Shown here in pieces: positions 38,954 to 47,004 of a DNA stretch of 64,000 nucleotides (its first letter is position 1; every line of letters begins with the position of its first letter). The translations under genes and the position numbers were made by a program. The notes beneath the pieces are model-generated. The model was not told the origin of the DNA, did no database searches, and saw only the letters and a program-made list of their open reading frames with translations. Origin of the DNA: a virus (Duplodnaviria > Caudoviricetes); the IMG/VR virus record IMGVR_UViG_3300021387_001758, positions 1-64,000 of that record; one strand, given 5' to 3'.

Positions 38954-38978
38954 AAAATAAACTCCTTTCTTAAAGAGC

Positions 38979-39615
38979 AAACACCCTTTAATAAATATAT
39001 AATTAAGAGTCTTTCAACTTACTAACTACTAACGCCACTATATTTGACTAATGGGGAGACATACCCAAGCAATAAGGAGCGACCCTATTACTATATGCCC
39101 CGCTTGCGCCAAGCCCATAGAGGACTGATTACCTCTACCTTTCAGGTGATATTCGGCAATTTTTTAGAAAAGCAATCTCTCTATCTTCCTTGCTTCATAC
39201 CAAATAAATTAATATGCTTGAGTCTTCGCAGATTTACCCTACTCGGAGTTGACATACAAACGGTTATACACAGATTTCTCTGCTTCAACTGCAAAACGAA
39301 TTATTGGCATTTCTTAGGTTTGCCCCTGGGCAGCCAACCCAAAACCTAACTAAGATTCGGCGTTTGCTATTAACAAGCGCTTCTATTATTTCGCCCGTTC
39401 GTATTCTGTCTTTAGCTCACGTTAGCAGTAGCGCTACACCTTTGGTTTCGGCTTCCAACCTACACGATAGTCGTCACCGCCTATCGCACAGCCCCTTAAC
39501 GAGTATCCCCGTTTCTATGGACTGACCGCCCTTTCGGGTTGTTTCGGTGTACCTCAGCACTGCAATCAGCAACTCTTCACTGAGTTCTTATTTATATATT
39601 TATTAAAGAGTGTTT
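38979..39615 (-). ncRNA. Large (~630 nt) structured ncRNA candidate, possibly GOLLD-like
   Basis: No credible ORF; elevated GC; ~30-bp terminal inverted repeat; own promoter TTGACG(39668-63)-N17-TATAAT(39645-40). Confidence 0.6.
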
Positions 39616-39810
39616 CTCCTTTCTTTACCTTATATAAATATTATACCGAAAATTTGGATTTTCGTCAAATTTTCAGAAATATTTTTCTCTAAAAATTTTA
39701 TCTTGTTTAAAGGCTTTTGTTTATCGGTACGCCACAAGAGCCTTAACTCCCGCCACTACCCTACGTTTACCGTACAGACCCTCTCAAGCGAGCGCCAGTT
39801 AGTGGATTGA

Positions 39811-39885
39811 TGGCTACGGCGGCTGGGTTCGAACCAGCGAATGACGGAGTCAAAGTCCGTTGTGTTACCACTTCACCACGCCGCA
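39811..39885 (-). tRNA. trnQ: tRNA-Gln(UUG)
   Basis: ACGGA-CUUUGAC-UCCGU; CCA. Confidence 0.95.
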
Positions 39886-40030
39886 ATATAAGTGGCATAT
39901 TTTCCCCATATGCCGGAAGGGCGAGTTTAACGGCCCTCGCGCCGCCTATTGATTATGCCCTCAACAGGATAAGAGCTGTGGTGCGCCTGACTGGAGTCGA
40001 ACCAGCACGATCTCACAATCGAGGGATTTT

Positions 40031-40768
40031 CCTGCTACTCCATGTTGCCATGGCCGCGTCACCGCGTTGTAGTCTGGACTTTCTCTTCACCATGCGTTAA
40101 TACGTTTAGGTGCGCGCCGTCAAGTCTCTACACGTTCCTCATTTGAGGCTTCGCTCGGGATTGTCCACGTGGGAGTTTCCCCGAATTTGACGCGATTCAC
40201 ATGGGAGTTTCCAACCCAAGTGCTCTATTTTATATTTTTGGTTTTATATGTATCAGTAAAATAATGACAATTAGGACAAAGTATTTCGAGATTATCTAAA
40301 TGATTATTATTTTTATTGCCATCTTTATGATGTAACTCTAATGGAATAGGATTACCCAACCACTCAGTCAAGCCACAACGGCAACATTTTTTCTCGAAAA
40401 ATCCTTCGGCAAATAATCTATTTCTTAGTTTAAAAGAAGTAATTGCTTGTTCATTATTCAAATATTTTTCTATTGGAGTTCGATATTTTCCAATATTTTT
40501 TGTGTGTGCTTGACCAGTAAAATGAGAAGTATCAAAATTATATTTCTCACACATCTCTTTTATAGTCTTAATAGCAGAACCACCATCTGGATTATATCCT
40601 ACTTTATTAGCTAACTCTCTAAAAGATTCACTCTCAGCACACATTACTGATAACTGTTCAACAGTAAATTTTTCATACTTTTTCATACCTTTTCTCCTCT
40701 TATCTCTCTACTTATAAGTAGAAAAAAGGCAGACTAAATATAAAAAATTAAACCAAACCTATATCGAA
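40031..40768 (-). mobile_element. Group I intron with HNH ORF 5' of the core
   Basis: Ends in G; AAATTCGGGGAA, AATCCCGAGC, GTGTAGAGACT, AAGAGAAAGTCC all lie after the ORF. Confidence 0.85.
40225..40686 (-). CDS. Intron-encoded HNH endonuclease
   Basis: CCRC...LELHHKDGNKNNNHLDNLEILCPNCH. Confidence 0.9.
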   Translation of the reverse strand: MKKYEKFTVEQLSVMCAESESFRELANKVGYNPDGGSAIKTIKEMCEKYNFDTSHFTGQAHTKNIGKYRTPIEKYLNNEQAITSFKLRNRLFAEGFFEKKCCRCGLTEWLGNPIPLELHHKDGNKNNNHLDNLEILCPNCHYFTDTYKTKNIK

Positions 40769-40809
40769 AAGTCCCTTGCGTCTGCCTATTCCGCCACAAG
40801 CGCGCAGTT

Positions 40810-41058
40810 CTATTCATCAAAGAACTTCCAAATCGGATTCACAAAATCATAATCCCGATTAGAAACTCTATAATTGCCAAACAACTTTACCAACTCGTCA
40901 AGCGTTCCACCGATTTTCAAATAATCTTTCATGGCTTCAAAAGCCTTACTCTGCGCGGCGATCTTATTCTTTTCCTTGTCTTTGAACTGCTTTTCTGCAG
41001 CAAGGCAATCCTCAACTGTATCGTACTTCTTTCCGGTAATTTCACTTACAACATACAT
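40810..41058 (-). CDS. Hypothetical protein (start MYVVSEITGKKY)
   Basis: GAGGAG RBS; the longer ORF-track start overlaps an RNA gene. Confidence 0.6.
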   Translation of the reverse strand: MYVVSEITGKKYDTVEDCLAAEKQFKDKEKNKIAAQSKAFEAMKDYLKIGGTLDELVKLFGNYRVSNRDYDFVNPIWKFFDE

Positions 41059-41092
41059 ATTGGTTTTCTCCTCACTAACAAGACAATAATAC

Positions 41093-41173
41093 TGGTGGAG
41101 TCGATGGGAATCGAACCCATGTCCGAAACACTGCACTTTGGCCTTGATGCCCCGTCGAAACCATTCCGACCCC
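41093..41173 (-). ncRNA. ssrA: Minimal tmRNA: tRNA-like domain only (81 nt)
   Basis: GGGGUCG-GAAUGGUUUCGAC 5' end; GAC-AUGGG-UUCGAUU-CCCAU-CGACUCC-ACCA 3' end; G3-U70 pair; no mRNA-like domain. Confidence 0.8.
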
Positions 41174-41254
41174 ATAGAAGAAGGAGCTGAACGCTCCTTT
41201 CTTATATACCATATAGACAATGGTACGTAGGTGGTGAAACCTAAGAAATAAAAA

Positions 41255-41655
41255 ATGGTTTAATTCTGATTCCGTAAGGTGGGTCGCAGTATCCTTCTGC
41301 GACTAAACCAATAGGTTACTTTGCCTTCTTATTTGGTCAAGGTGCGTTTGCCACAAGGCCACATATCAATCAATGAAAGCATAGTCGAACTAACTAAATC
41401 TTATGAGACAATTGCCGGTGGTAGTTTACCTATTAAAATCCATGTTAACGCATCTGCTACTGACCATCTGAGTAGCGCAGGGCTTGACTTACATCGGCTC
41501 AAGCATACCTTGGAGAATTTAAGAACTAATCCTCAACCGCAATTCTCCTTACGATTACGTTCCGTCCGTAGACAACGCTTAGCCAGATTAGTAATTTGCT
41601 GAATTTATATCGTTAGTCAGCGACTCCGTACACGTTTAGGGTCGAGTAAAGACCA
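41255..41655 (-). ncRNA. Large (~400 nt) structured ncRNA candidate, ROOL-like
   Basis: No credible ORF; starts right after tRNA-Met CCA; GUCGCAG/CUGCGAC hairpin; CCAAGGUAUGCU and GUUAACAUGGA resemble ROOL as I recall it (unverified). Confidence 0.5.
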
Positions 41656-41656
41656 A

Positions 41657-41731
41657 TGGTTGCGGAAGTAGGATTCGAACCTACGACTTTTAGGTTATGA
41701 GCCTAAATTGCTACCGCTGCATCATTCCGCC
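41657..41731 (-). tRNA. trnM: tRNA-Met(CAU), initiator-like
   Basis: CAU anticodon; unpaired 1-72 (G-A); only two G-C pairs at the anticodon stem base. Confidence 0.8.
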
Positions 41732-41734
41732 ATA

Positions 41735-42128
41735 AAGGAACTTTGGACGCATCCTTAGTTCCTAGGCTTACTCCGAAGAGATAGGCCTCTATTCTTCATT
41801 TGCTACAACTTCGAGTTCGTTCCACGGATCCTTTCTCTATATTTCCGAAATTCTTGTGGTGATCAAATCCACGGTGAGTATTGTTGTATCGCATCCGTCC
41901 CTTTCGGAGACGCGACCTGTTGCTTCAGGCGACTCTCTCATAGACATTGTTCCGGAACTGCCTATGTTGGATTGTTGTATTTTATTGCAAACGCACTCCC
42001 ACTTTACTCAAGGCTTGTGACTTGCACGGCCTAAACCTCTGTTTAAGCTTGATGGCGTGGTTACGTTTAGCATCGAGAGGGGAGAAAAGGAAAGGAAGTA
42101 AGATTTATCTCCCCTCTCTTAACTTTCT
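41735..42128 (-). ncRNA. Candidate ~390-nt leader or ncRNA
   Basis: Promoter TTGACA(42163-58)-N17-TATAAT(42140-35); no credible ORF; several hairpins. Confidence 0.4.
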
Positions 42129-42173
42129 ATATATATTATAGCAAAGTTTTATAATTTTGTCAAAATTTCTTTC

Positions 42174-42404
42174 TTAGAGTGCGGCCCACTCATTACAAGC
42201 ATCATATCTATCGTCAGCTTGATCTTCCCAAGCGAACCGAATTCTCGCGCGAAGGTCTTCAATGTCCTGTGCGAGTTCACCGATGATCCATTCATCATCT
42301 TCATCTCCACGACCCCTTGCATCCTCAAGTGCAAACTCGAACTCTTCTTCCTTCATTTCAAGTTCCTTCTGGAGCATTATCGGATCTTCATAGTCTCTAT
42401 ACAT
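42174..42404 (-). CDS. Small acidic coiled-coil protein
   Basis: 76 aa with AGAAAGAAGG RBS. Confidence 0.6.
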   Translation of the reverse strand: MYRDYEDPIMLQKELEMKEEEFEFALEDARGRGDEDDEWIIGELAQDIEDLRARIRFAWEDQADDRYDACNEWAAL

Positions 42405-42597
42405 TTATAACCTTCTTTCTTAGTTTAATTTTGAGAGTTGAACGCGGCGTCTCGTTCGGATTAGTGGGAATTGAACCCTTGGCTCTTACCTACCATAAGT
42501 TTTTAACTTCGAGCCTTCTCTTACTTTTTCCTCTCTCTTAACTTTCTATATATATTATATAAGAAAATTATAAATATTTCAAATTATTTTTTATAAA

Positions 42598-42674
42598 TGG
42601 CGACGCTGACGGGACTCGAACCCGTGACCTTCAGCGTGACAGGCTGACATTCTAACCAACTGAACTACAGCGCC
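42598..42674 (-). tRNA. trnD: tRNA-Asp(GUC)
   Basis: Cloverleaf, CCA. Confidence 0.95.
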
Positions 42675-42734
42675 AAATAATGGGAGGGGTCCTACATCTC
42701 CCGCTTTTCCACAGAACAATTCTCTGGCAGGACC

Positions 42735-42808
42735 TGGAGCGGATAACGAGAATCGAACTCGTATTCTCAGCTTGGAAGGCTGACGCTCTACCATTAAACT
42801 ACATCCGC
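42735..42808 (-). tRNA. trnG: tRNA-Gly(UCC)
   Basis: Cloverleaf, CCA. Confidence 0.95.
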
Positions 42809-42817
42809 ATATAAGTT

Positions 42818-42894
42818 TGGTACTGCGACTGAGACTCGAACTCAGAACCTACGGATTAGAAGTCCGTTGCGCTCTCCAATTACGCTACCGCAGC
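42818..42894 (-). tRNA. trnR: tRNA-Arg(UCU)
   Basis: Cloverleaf, CCA. Confidence 0.95.
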
Positions 42895-42897
42895 ATA

Positions 42898-42972
42898 TGG
42901 CATAGGCTCAAGGACTTGAACCTCAATTAGTAGTTTTGGAGACTACCGTGCTACCAATTACACTAAGCCTAC
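42898..42972 (-). tRNA. trnW: tRNA-Trp(CCA)
   Basis: GUAGU-CUCCAAA-ACUAC. Confidence 0.9.
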
Positions 42973-42976
42973 ACAA

Positions 42977-43052
42977 TGGTGGAGAATAGGAGACTCGAAC
43001 TCCTGACCCCCTGCGTGCAAAGCAGGTGCTCTCCCATCTGAGCTAATTCCCC
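42977..43052 (-). tRNA. trnA: tRNA-Ala(UGC)
   Basis: Cloverleaf, G3-U70, CCA. Confidence 0.95.
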
Positions 43053-43058
43053 AAAAAA

Positions 43059-43134
43059 TGGTGCGGGTGACACGACTTGAACGTGCGGCCCCTTAGTCCC
43101 AAACCAAGCGCTCTACCAACTGAGCTACACCCAC
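43059..43134 (-). tRNA. trnP: tRNA-Pro(UGG)
   Basis: Cloverleaf, CCA. Confidence 0.9.
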
Positions 43135-43138
43135 AAAA

Positions 43139-43227
43139 TGGCGGAGGATGTAGGATTCGAACCCACGGGGCTTTCGCCACAACAGATTTCAAGTCTGCGC
43201 CGTTATGACCAACTTCGGTAATCCTCC
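43139..43227 (-). tRNA. trnS: tRNA-Ser(UGA)
   Basis: Long variable arm, CCA. Confidence 0.95.
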
Positions 43228-43230
43228 AAA

Positions 43231-43311
43231 TGGTGGGCAACCAGGGACTCGAACCCTGACCCGAAGACTAGTTCCTAAGACTAGCGCGCCTGCCAATTAC
43301 GCCAGTTGCCC
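43231..43311 (-). tRNA. trnL: tRNA-Leu(UAG)
   Basis: CUAGU-CUUAGGA-ACUAG. Confidence 0.95.
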
Positions 43312-43325
43312 AAATTAATTTTTAA

Positions 43326-43402
43326 TGGTGGGCATGGATGGATTTGAACCATCGACCTTCCGCTTATCAGACGGATGCGCTAACCAACTGCGCTACACGC
43401 CC
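43326..43402 (-). tRNA. trnI: tRNA-Ile(GAU)
   Basis: Cloverleaf, CCA. Confidence 0.95.
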
Positions 43403-43405
43403 ACA

Positions 43406-43480
43406 TGGTAGGGGGAGAAGGAGTTGAACCTTCCTCAAACGCTTATAAGACGCTTAGACTAACCGATGTCCTATCCCCCC
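43406..43480 (-). tRNA. trnI: tRNA-Ile(UAU)
   Basis: Anticodon loop CUUAUAA; CCA. Confidence 0.8.
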
Positions 43481-43490
43481 GTCAGATTTT

Positions 43491-43566
43491 TGGTGCGCCG
43501 CCCGAGACTCGAACTCGGCACGCCGTGATTAAAAGTCACGTGCTCTTCCTGATGAGCTAGCGGCGC
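43491..43566 (-). tRNA. trnK: tRNA-Lys(UUU)
   Basis: Cloverleaf, CCA. Confidence 0.95.
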
Positions 43567-43726
43567 ATAAATTCCCAGACGCTAATCTGAGAATTAAGTT
43601 TAATTTGTTAGCGCAAATTAAACTTTTTCGTGTTATTTCGGGAAACACCGAAAGCTATCTACTTCGTTGTAGCGTCACTTCCAAAACCCGCTAGTACTAA
43701 CTACTACATCTTTTACGATGTAGAAA

Positions 43727-43803
43727 TGGTGACGGTACACGGACTCGAACCGTGACTCTACAGGATGAAAACCTGTTGTGTTGACCTGTTACACTATACC
43801 GCC
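43727..43803 (-). tRNA. trnE: tRNA-Glu(UUC)
   Basis: Cloverleaf, CCA. Confidence 0.95.
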
Positions 43804-43867
43804 ATAACTTTCTTTTTTCATCGTATATATATTATATATAAAATTTTTCAGAAAATCAAATTATAAA

Positions 43868-43954
43868 TGGTGGAGGGAAGTGGATTTGAACCACTGAAGG
43901 CATAGCCAACGGATTTACAGTCCGCCCCTTTTGACCAGACTTAGGTATCCCTCC
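43868..43954 (-). tRNA. trnY: tRNA-Tyr(GUA)
   Basis: Long variable arm, CCA. Confidence 0.95.
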
Positions 43955-43963
43955 TTATTCTAA

Positions 43964-44038
43964 TGGGTGGATGTAACGGTAACGCTCCGTTGTCTCCTGG
44001 GCCACAACCAGGCGCTCTACTTTTGAGCTAACAACCAC
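43964..44038 (-). tRNA. trnH: tRNA-His(GUG), atypical T-loop
   Basis: G-1:C73; T-loop AGCGUUA instead of UUCRANY. Confidence 0.8.
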
Positions 44039-44043
44039 ATAAC

Positions 44044-44119
44044 TGGTGGCTTAGGGTGGAGTCGAACCACCGACGCGCGGATTTTCAGTCCACCGCTCTA
44101 CCTCCTGAGCTACCAAGCC
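44044..44119 (-). tRNA. trnF: tRNA-Phe(GAA)
   Basis: Cloverleaf, CCA. Confidence 0.95.
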
Positions 44120-44123
44120 ACGA

Positions 44124-44199
44124 TGGTGCGCGATACAGGACTTGAACCTGTGACTTTCTGCTTGTAAGGCAGGTACTCTCCCAGCTGAGTTAATCGCGC
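44124..44199 (-). tRNA. trnV: tRNA-Val(UAC)
   Basis: Cloverleaf, CCA. Confidence 0.95.
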
Positions 44200-44202
44200 A
44201 TA

Positions 44203-44277
44203 TGGTACTCCGTGTAGGATTCGAACCCACGTAAACTGCATCCGTAGTGCAGCGCCCATCCTCTAGACCAACGGAGC
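44203..44277 (-). tRNA. trnR: tRNA-Arg(ACG)
   Basis: CUGCA-CUACGGA-UGCAG. Confidence 0.9.
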
Positions 44278-44281
44278 AAAA

Positions 44282-44376
44282 TGGCGGGAAGAGAGGGATT
44301 CGAACCCTCGCGCCGTATCTCTACGACCTAATCGCTTAGCAGGCGATCCTCTTAAGCCAGACTTGAGTATCTCCCC
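44282..44376 (-). tRNA. trnS: tRNA-Ser(GCU)
   Basis: Long variable arm; starts directly after the upstream ORF stop. Confidence 0.95.
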
Positions 44377-44691
44377 TTATTTTCTACGACAACATTTCTC
44401 CCAATAATTTAACCAATCTTCGAGAGTAGGATAGTTAGTATAAATATAACCACTCAAAGCCCAACTTTCGTATTCTCGCTTAGCTTCTTCTTTTGTCCAA
44501 CGCCAGCAATAATCAGAAATATCATATGACTCTGTAATTCGCTTATAGTAGGACGGAGACTGCGCGCCGTCAGAATTTTTATTCATGCGTCTAACTCGTC
44601 TACTTGCAAGCTTTTTATTCTGATGTGTTGAGTTTCTTTTATGGTCATTAACCCAGGGATTTTTCTTATAGCTCCGAGACATTAAACTCAC
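44377..44691 (-). CDS. Small basic protein (MSRSYKKNPW...)
   Basis: 104 aa, Arg/Lys-rich N-terminus. Confidence 0.65.
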   Translation of the reverse strand: MSLMSRSYKKNPWVNDHKRNSTHQNKKLASRRVRRMNKNSDGAQSPSYYKRITESYDISDYCWRWTKEEAKREYESWALSGYIYTNYPTLEDWLNYWEKCCRRK

Positions 44692-45194
44692 TCCAATCTA
44701 TGAATAAAATATACAATAGGACTATTATAAATCCATCCATAAAGATACCAAGGATCGTCCGCTTCTAGTTCTATGTCAGTTTCTATAGGGCCTCGTCCAC
44801 ATTTTTCCTGCCATTTTCCATTACGAAAAACTCGAAAATGAAAATCGGTAGAGATGTAGAAAGAGTCGTTATCATATAAACCGACTCTAAAAGCAATTAA
44901 CTCCTCATTCTCTTTTTCCTTATACTGAGAAGGATTATCAATAAAAATTATCTCATCTCCAAAATCTTTATCTATTCCTTCAGTACACCTATCTAAAAGC
45001 TCGATCAACAACTCATCTAAGGTGTAATCACCAGTATCCCAAAGATCATTCACAAAATCATCATTAGGCTCATCCATCCCATCATCGGGTTGGTACCATT
45101 CTTCAATGTTGAGGGCAAAGCTGCCGCAATTAGTATCTTTTTGATTTTTTCTAAAAAAATTTTTGTCTGTATTAGTCGTGTAGTATAAACTCAT
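44688..45194 (-). CDS. Hypothetical acidic protein
   Basis: 168 aa; NCGSFAL...DFHF...WQEKCG. Confidence 0.6.
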   Translation of the reverse strand: MSLYYTTNTDKNFFRKNQKDTNCGSFALNIEEWYQPDDGMDEPNDDFVNDLWDTGDYTLDELLIELLDRCTEGIDKDFGDEIIFIDNPSQYKEKENEELIAFRVGLYDNDSFYISTDFHFRVFRNGKWQEKCGRGPIETDIELEADDPWYLYGWIYNSPIVYFIHRLE

Positions 45195-45732
45195 TATATG
45201 CCTTCCTAAAATTAGCGTTCAGCAGCTTTAAGGTCTTCCGCACATCAATGGTGTCTTTAAAGTAAGTAGCTGCGTATCTTGCTCCTTCTTGACGAAGCAT
45301 TTCTGCTCCTAAACATTCCTTACAAAAAACAAGATATTCCTCATAGTCCATATTCAGAAGGCGCGCTTCCAAAACATGATAGGAAACCTTTAAAGTTGGA
45401 ATGGGTATCTGATCGAAGTTATTTGTAATAATATATCTATCCTTGACTGTCGGGTGAGCATCCAAATAAAAAGCATCAATGTTAGGATTGTACTTCGCAT
45501 CGCAAGTCCACCTATCAATACTATCTTCCATGAAGTCGACTTTCGGCTCCGCGCCCAGTACGTGCCAATCAATCGGTTTCAGCTCTACTTCTTCAATCGT
45601 AAAGTTGGGATCGATGTATCTTTTGACCGTACCTGGCGATCTACCCACTTCTTTCGCGACAGCGGAATAAGTATGGTATATAAGATACAACTCATTCATT
45701 CTTTTTATTTCAGATTCAGTAACTCTTCCCAT
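45172..45732 (-). CDS. Protein with N-terminal HTH
   Basis: TYSAVAKEVGRSPGTVKRYI. Confidence 0.65.
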   Translation of the reverse strand: MGRVTESEIKRMNELYLIYHTYSAVAKEVGRSPGTVKRYIDPNFTIEEVELKPIDWHVLGAEPKVDFMEDSIDRWTCDAKYNPNIDAFYLDAHPTVKDRYIITNNFDQIPIPTLKVSYHVLEARLLNMDYEEYLVFCKECLGAEMLRQEGARYAATYFKDTIDVRKTLKLLNANFRKAYNEFILHD

Positions 45733-45926
45733 TACAGTCCTTTTTCATCCTTCCATCTTTTAAATCTTTCTGGAAGCTCCGCCCGCATCAGGCAAGTCTG
45801 ATCTTCCATCCTCAAATAACAATCGTTGCATGAGTTCCAAGCGTTCTGATTGCAGAAATTCGATACAATCTGCAGGGCTTCAACCACCAACGAATTAGGT
45901 ATCTCTTTCAAAGGTTTTCTCGGCAT
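45732..45926 (-). CDS. Small Cys-containing phage protein
   Basis: 64 aa. Confidence 0.55.
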   Translation of the reverse strand: MPRKPLKEIPNSLVVEALQIVSNFCNQNAWNSCNDCYLRMEDQTCLMRAELPERFKRWKDEKGL

Positions 45927-46147
45927 ATTATTCTCCTCTCTTTCATTCTATATATATTATATAAAAAAATTATAAAAAAATCAATTTTTAAAAATTTTCC
46001 AAATCCCTTCCTTTTATTAATCGCGCGCCTGCGCACGCGTGATTTTATCATAATTTTATTTTTAATTCAAACTTTCTCATTTATAGGAATTTTGATTTTC
46101 CAAGAAAAATTTGATATAATATATATAGAATTAGAGGAGGTTTAGAA

Positions 46148-46519
46148 ATGTCTGATTATGATTTATATGATAAAATAGTGGCTAGAACTCTTCAAGAATT
46201 TATTTGTAAAGGTGTTAATGGCGGAGCTGCTATTAACAACTATACAGAAAGAGAGCATAATAAGTTCTTTATTGAAGTAGGCAAAATGGCTAGTCATATA
46301 ATGAAAATGTCCTTCTATGTCCAGATGGGGTGGTTTTCATTTATTATTTATAAGTTAAGTAACTGGAGATTAATGAAAGGAGTCAAACGCTACCATGAAT
46401 CAAAGGGAATAAAATTAATATCGGTTACAGCATTAACTAATCAAATTAAAGAAGAGTTTAATTTAGAGGATGACACTATTTTCCAAGATATTTATGAGGA
46501 GTATTACAATATCAAATGA
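46148..46519 (+). CDS. Hypothetical protein
   Basis: 123 aa; GAGGAGG RBS; promoter at ~46092-46120. Confidence 0.65.
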   Translation: MSDYDLYDKIVARTLQEFICKGVNGGAAINNYTEREHNKFFIEVGKMASHIMKMSFYVQMGWFSFIIYKLSNWRLMKGVKRYHESKGIKLISVTALTNQIKEEFNLEDDTIFQDIYEEYYNIK

Positions 46520-47004
46520 GTAAATACGAAATGTGGGTTGATGGTTCCACAAAGAATAACGGACAAGAAGACACTTACGGCGGCTGGGGCGTTTATTGCC
46601 TTAAAGATGGAGAGTATGAGGTTTCTTGGAATGGTGGATCTTATGATACTACCAACCAGAGAATGGAACTAACTGCCGCGGTTGAAGCTACAAAGATGTT
46701 TCACAGAAGTAAGGAGAAAGAAGATAAATTAGTTATCTATACCGATAGTGCCTATCTTTATAATTGTTGGAAAGAAAGATGGTATAAAAAATGGGTTGAA
46801 AAGAAATGGCTTAATTCAAAGTCTCAACCTGTAGCTAATCGTGATTTGTGGGAACTATTAATTCCTTTCTTCAAAGATAAATCAATTCGTTTCGTTAAAG
46901 TTAAAGGTCATGCCGATAATGAGGGTAATATTGAAGCTGATCGACTGGCCACGGAAGCAGCAGCAAGAGTGGAGGCTTTTGAGAATGAAAATCGTAGTAA
47001 TTAA
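46516..47004 (+). CDS. rnhA: Ribonuclease HI
   Basis: VDGS, TTNQRMELTA, YTDSAY, VKGHADNEGNIEADRLA. Confidence 0.92.
   Translation: MSKYEMWVDGSTKNNGQEDTYGGWGVYCLKDGEYEVSWNGGSYDTTNQRMELTAAVEATKMFHRSKEKEDKLVIYTDSAYLYNCWKERWYKKWVEKKWLNSKSQPVANRDLWELLIPFFKDKSIRFVKVKGHADNEGNIEADRLATEAAARVEAFENENRSN

Larger units (their letters stand above)
39979..40803 (-). tRNA. trnL: tRNA-Leu(UAA) interrupted by a group I intron
   Basis: Exon 1 40803-40769, exon 2 40030-39979; spliced AGGGA-CUUAAAA-UCCCU; long variable arm. Confidence 0.85.

Noticed and set aside
39044-39525. Plus-strand ORFs of 101 and 73 aa (also 41321..41602, 39807..40100, 42591..42794, 43043..43240)
   Set aside because: They overlap tRNA, intron or structured RNA genes and lack RBS and phage-like composition.
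41093-41173. Circularly permuted two-piece tmRNA
   Set aside because: The 5' GGGG strand precedes the CCA strand within 81 nt (non-permuted order), and no convincing separate coding piece was found.
37881-44376. Theta (HDV-like) ribozymes at tRNA 3' ends
   Set aside because: The trailers I checked (after Met, Gln and Leu-UAA) form simple hairpins but no nested P1/P2/P3 double pseudoknot.
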